Of a stretch of 34,435 bases of DNA, positions 33,101 to 34,435 are shown one piece after another. How positions within the stretch are numbered: the first letter of the stretch is position 1; every line of letters starts with the position of its first letter. Position numbers and translations under genes: made by a program. A model generated the notes under the pieces. That model ran no database searches and was not told the DNA's origin. It worked only from the letters and a program-made list of their open reading frames with translations. The stretch comes from a virus (taxonomy: Duplodnaviria > Caudoviricetes), in IMG/VR virus record IMGVR_UViG_3300036846_000898, positions 1-34,435 of that record; one strand, written 5' to 3'.

Positions 33101-33447
33101 GCGCCCGAGCTCCCGCCGCGTTGGCCCGGCTCGAAGCGGGTGCCGGGGACGCCGGTGCACGCGGAGCGCAGCCAGCCGTGCGGGGCGGTGTTCGCCGAGC
33201 CGAACTCGAACAGGTGCGCGAGCTTCCAGGTCGTGCCCGCGACGACCGCATGCCGGTCGGTCGGGTCGGTGCGCACGAATGCTCGTTTGGCGAACGGCTT
33301 GACCCGCGGGCCGCTGACGTTGCTCTTCATGCTGGCGGTGACGACGCGGCCGGTGGCGAGCAGCGCGGCGTGGACGCCGGGGAGCTTGTAGAACTCGACG
33401 AGCATGGCCGGGCTCATCACGAACTTGGCTTCGGCGACTTCGGCCAT
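33097..33447 (-). CDS. HK97 gp10-like neck protein
   Basis: 'AHLFEFGS...PHGWLRSA'; position in the gene order. Confidence 0.75.
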   Translation of the reverse strand: MAEVAEAKFVMSPAMLVEFYKLPGVHAALLATGRVVTASMKSNVSGPRVKPFAKRAFVRTDPTDRHAVVAGTTWKLAHLFEFGSANTAPHGWLRSACTGVPGTRFEPGQRGGSSGA

Positions 33448-33791
33448 CAGACGACCAGCCGGGCGCGAATCTCGTAGTGCTGGAGCACCGGCGGCCAGCC
33501 GCGCATCGCTTCGGCCGGCGGCCCGATGATGTCGTAGGTGCGGCCGTCCGCCCGTTGCAGCGCGTCGTAGCCGGTCGGCGTCACGTCGGGGGCGACGTAC
33601 ACCCGCACCTCGCTCGCCTCCTGCTCGGTCGCGGTGGTGTCTTCGTACTGCTGGCGCAGCGGCGCCTCGAAGTAGGCGAACGTCGGCGTCGGCGTGTCGG
33701 TGTAGGTCGGCGACCCGTACTCGTCCTCGACCCCGGCGTCAACGCGGGCCAACAGCGTCACCGGCTCAGAGCACAGCGAGCGCAGACTCAC
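33447..33791 (-). CDS. Head-to-tail stopper / closure protein
   Basis: 'DEYG', 'DG.TYDIIG', 'HYEI'; position in the gene order. Confidence 0.8.
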   Translation of the reverse strand: MSLRSLCSEPVTLLARVDAGVEDEYGSPTYTDTPTPTFAYFEAPLRQQYEDTTATEQEASEVRVYVAPDVTPTGYDALQRADGRTYDIIGPPAEAMRGWPPVLQHYEIRARLVV

Positions 33792-34240
33792 CGCTGAGGC
33801 CCCTGAGCGATCGGCTGCACCTCTTCGTCGCCGGTGAAGAACACCTGGCTCTCGTCCGGGTACCAGGGGTCGACGCCGTACGGGCTCGGCGTGAACACCG
33901 AATAGGCGCTGCGTCCCGTCGCCAGGGACCCCCAGGCTCCGAGCGCGTCGTAGTCGTCGTCGGTGAGCTGCATGCCCGGCGTGCCGTAGCCGACCTGGTA
34001 GGCGCCGATCGTCTCGTTATGTGCGGCCGTCGGGTTCGCGAGCTGGCGGACCACGAGCTGCGCGGTGACCATCGCGATCTCATCGGGCGTCGGGATCGGC
34101 AGCGGCGAGATGCACGCGCCCCCGACGATCGCCGATGCGAACTGGATCAGGCGTTCGACCCGATCCTGCGTCGGCTGGTCACCCGGAATCGGGTAGCCAG
34201 CGAGCGCTTCCACATCGGCGACCGTGCAGAGGTCGGTCAT
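33788..34240 (-). CDS. Head-to-tail connector / adaptor
   Basis: 'CTVADVE...LI..AS...V.R...NP....ETIG.Y......G..LT'; follows the capsid gene. Confidence 0.82.
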   Translation of the reverse strand: MTDLCTVADVEALAGYPIPGDQPTQDRVERLIQFASAIVGGACISPLPIPTPDEIAMVTAQLVVRQLANPTAAHNETIGAYQVGYGTPGMQLTDDDYDALGAWGSLATGRSAYSVFTPSPYGVDPWYPDESQVFFTGDEEVQPIAQGPQR

Positions 34241-34242
34241 CG

Positions 34243-34435
34243 CTACTTGCTCGCCTTCGCTCCGCCATTGCCGCCGGATGCGCTCGCGGGCTCCTGCTCC
34301 GCTTCCTGCGCGGCGGCGGCAGGGGTGCCCTGTGCGAAGCCGAACGGGAACACCGGCTTGTTGTGGCGGCGCGACATCGGCGCACCGATGACGTAGCCGA
34401 TGCGCATGTAGACGCGCATGAGCACTTGGTCATCC
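34243..34435 (-). CDS. Major capsid protein, C-terminal part (joins 1-863)
   Basis: 'DDQVLMRVYMRIGYVIG...FPFG' capsid C-terminal motif, in frame across the 48-bp overlap. Confidence 0.9.
   Translation of the reverse strand, partial: DDQVLMRVYMRIGYVIGAPMSRRHNKPVFPFGFAQGTPAAAAQEAEQEPASASGGNGGAKASK

Noticed and set aside
34388-34435. Biological terminal direct repeat or att core
   Set aside because: It lies in the middle of the capsid gene and is exactly duplicated at the window ends, as expected for an assembly overlap.
1-34435. tRNA/tmRNA genes, IS elements, introns/inteins, reverse transcriptase or DGR
   Set aside because: No cloverleaf, transposase, intein or RT motifs and no TR/VR pair were seen by eye; tRNAscan and HMM searches were not run.

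Overview
This window is an apparently complete, circularly assembled temperate siphovirus genome from a high-GC actinobacterial host. The unique length is 34,387 bp: bases 34388-34435 repeat bases 1-48, and the major capsid gene runs across that junction. The endolysin repeats suggest an Acidimicrobiia host. Almost all genes are on the minus strand. In order they are: HNH, putative cos region, TerS, TerL, portal, MuF minor head protein fused to an ADP-ribosyltransferase, a 37-aa microprotein, scaffold, capsid, head-tail and tail genes (with a GGGGGAA -1 frameshift), amidase endolysin, small TM genes, an Rpf-like lipoprotein, and ParB plus ABC-ATPase/GNAT facing a YqfB-like ASCH gene. Next come a roughly 700-bp regulatory region, a DUF4314-led operon ending in a large serine integrase, a cI/cro switch, YqaJ/RecT, a Rep initiator and small hypothetical genes. 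The most unusual element is the non-coding region 21077-21480. There, two tandem perfect LexA boxes overlap a leftward promoter whose long leader holds four hairpins with covarying stems, each matching the kink-turn consensus. A CCACACACGT motif recurs just upstream of five ribosome-binding sites, four of them in this operon. Other notable items are the putative acetyl writer/eraser module and the MuF-ART toxin with a coupled microprotein. All family assignments come from motifs recognised by eye, not database searches.
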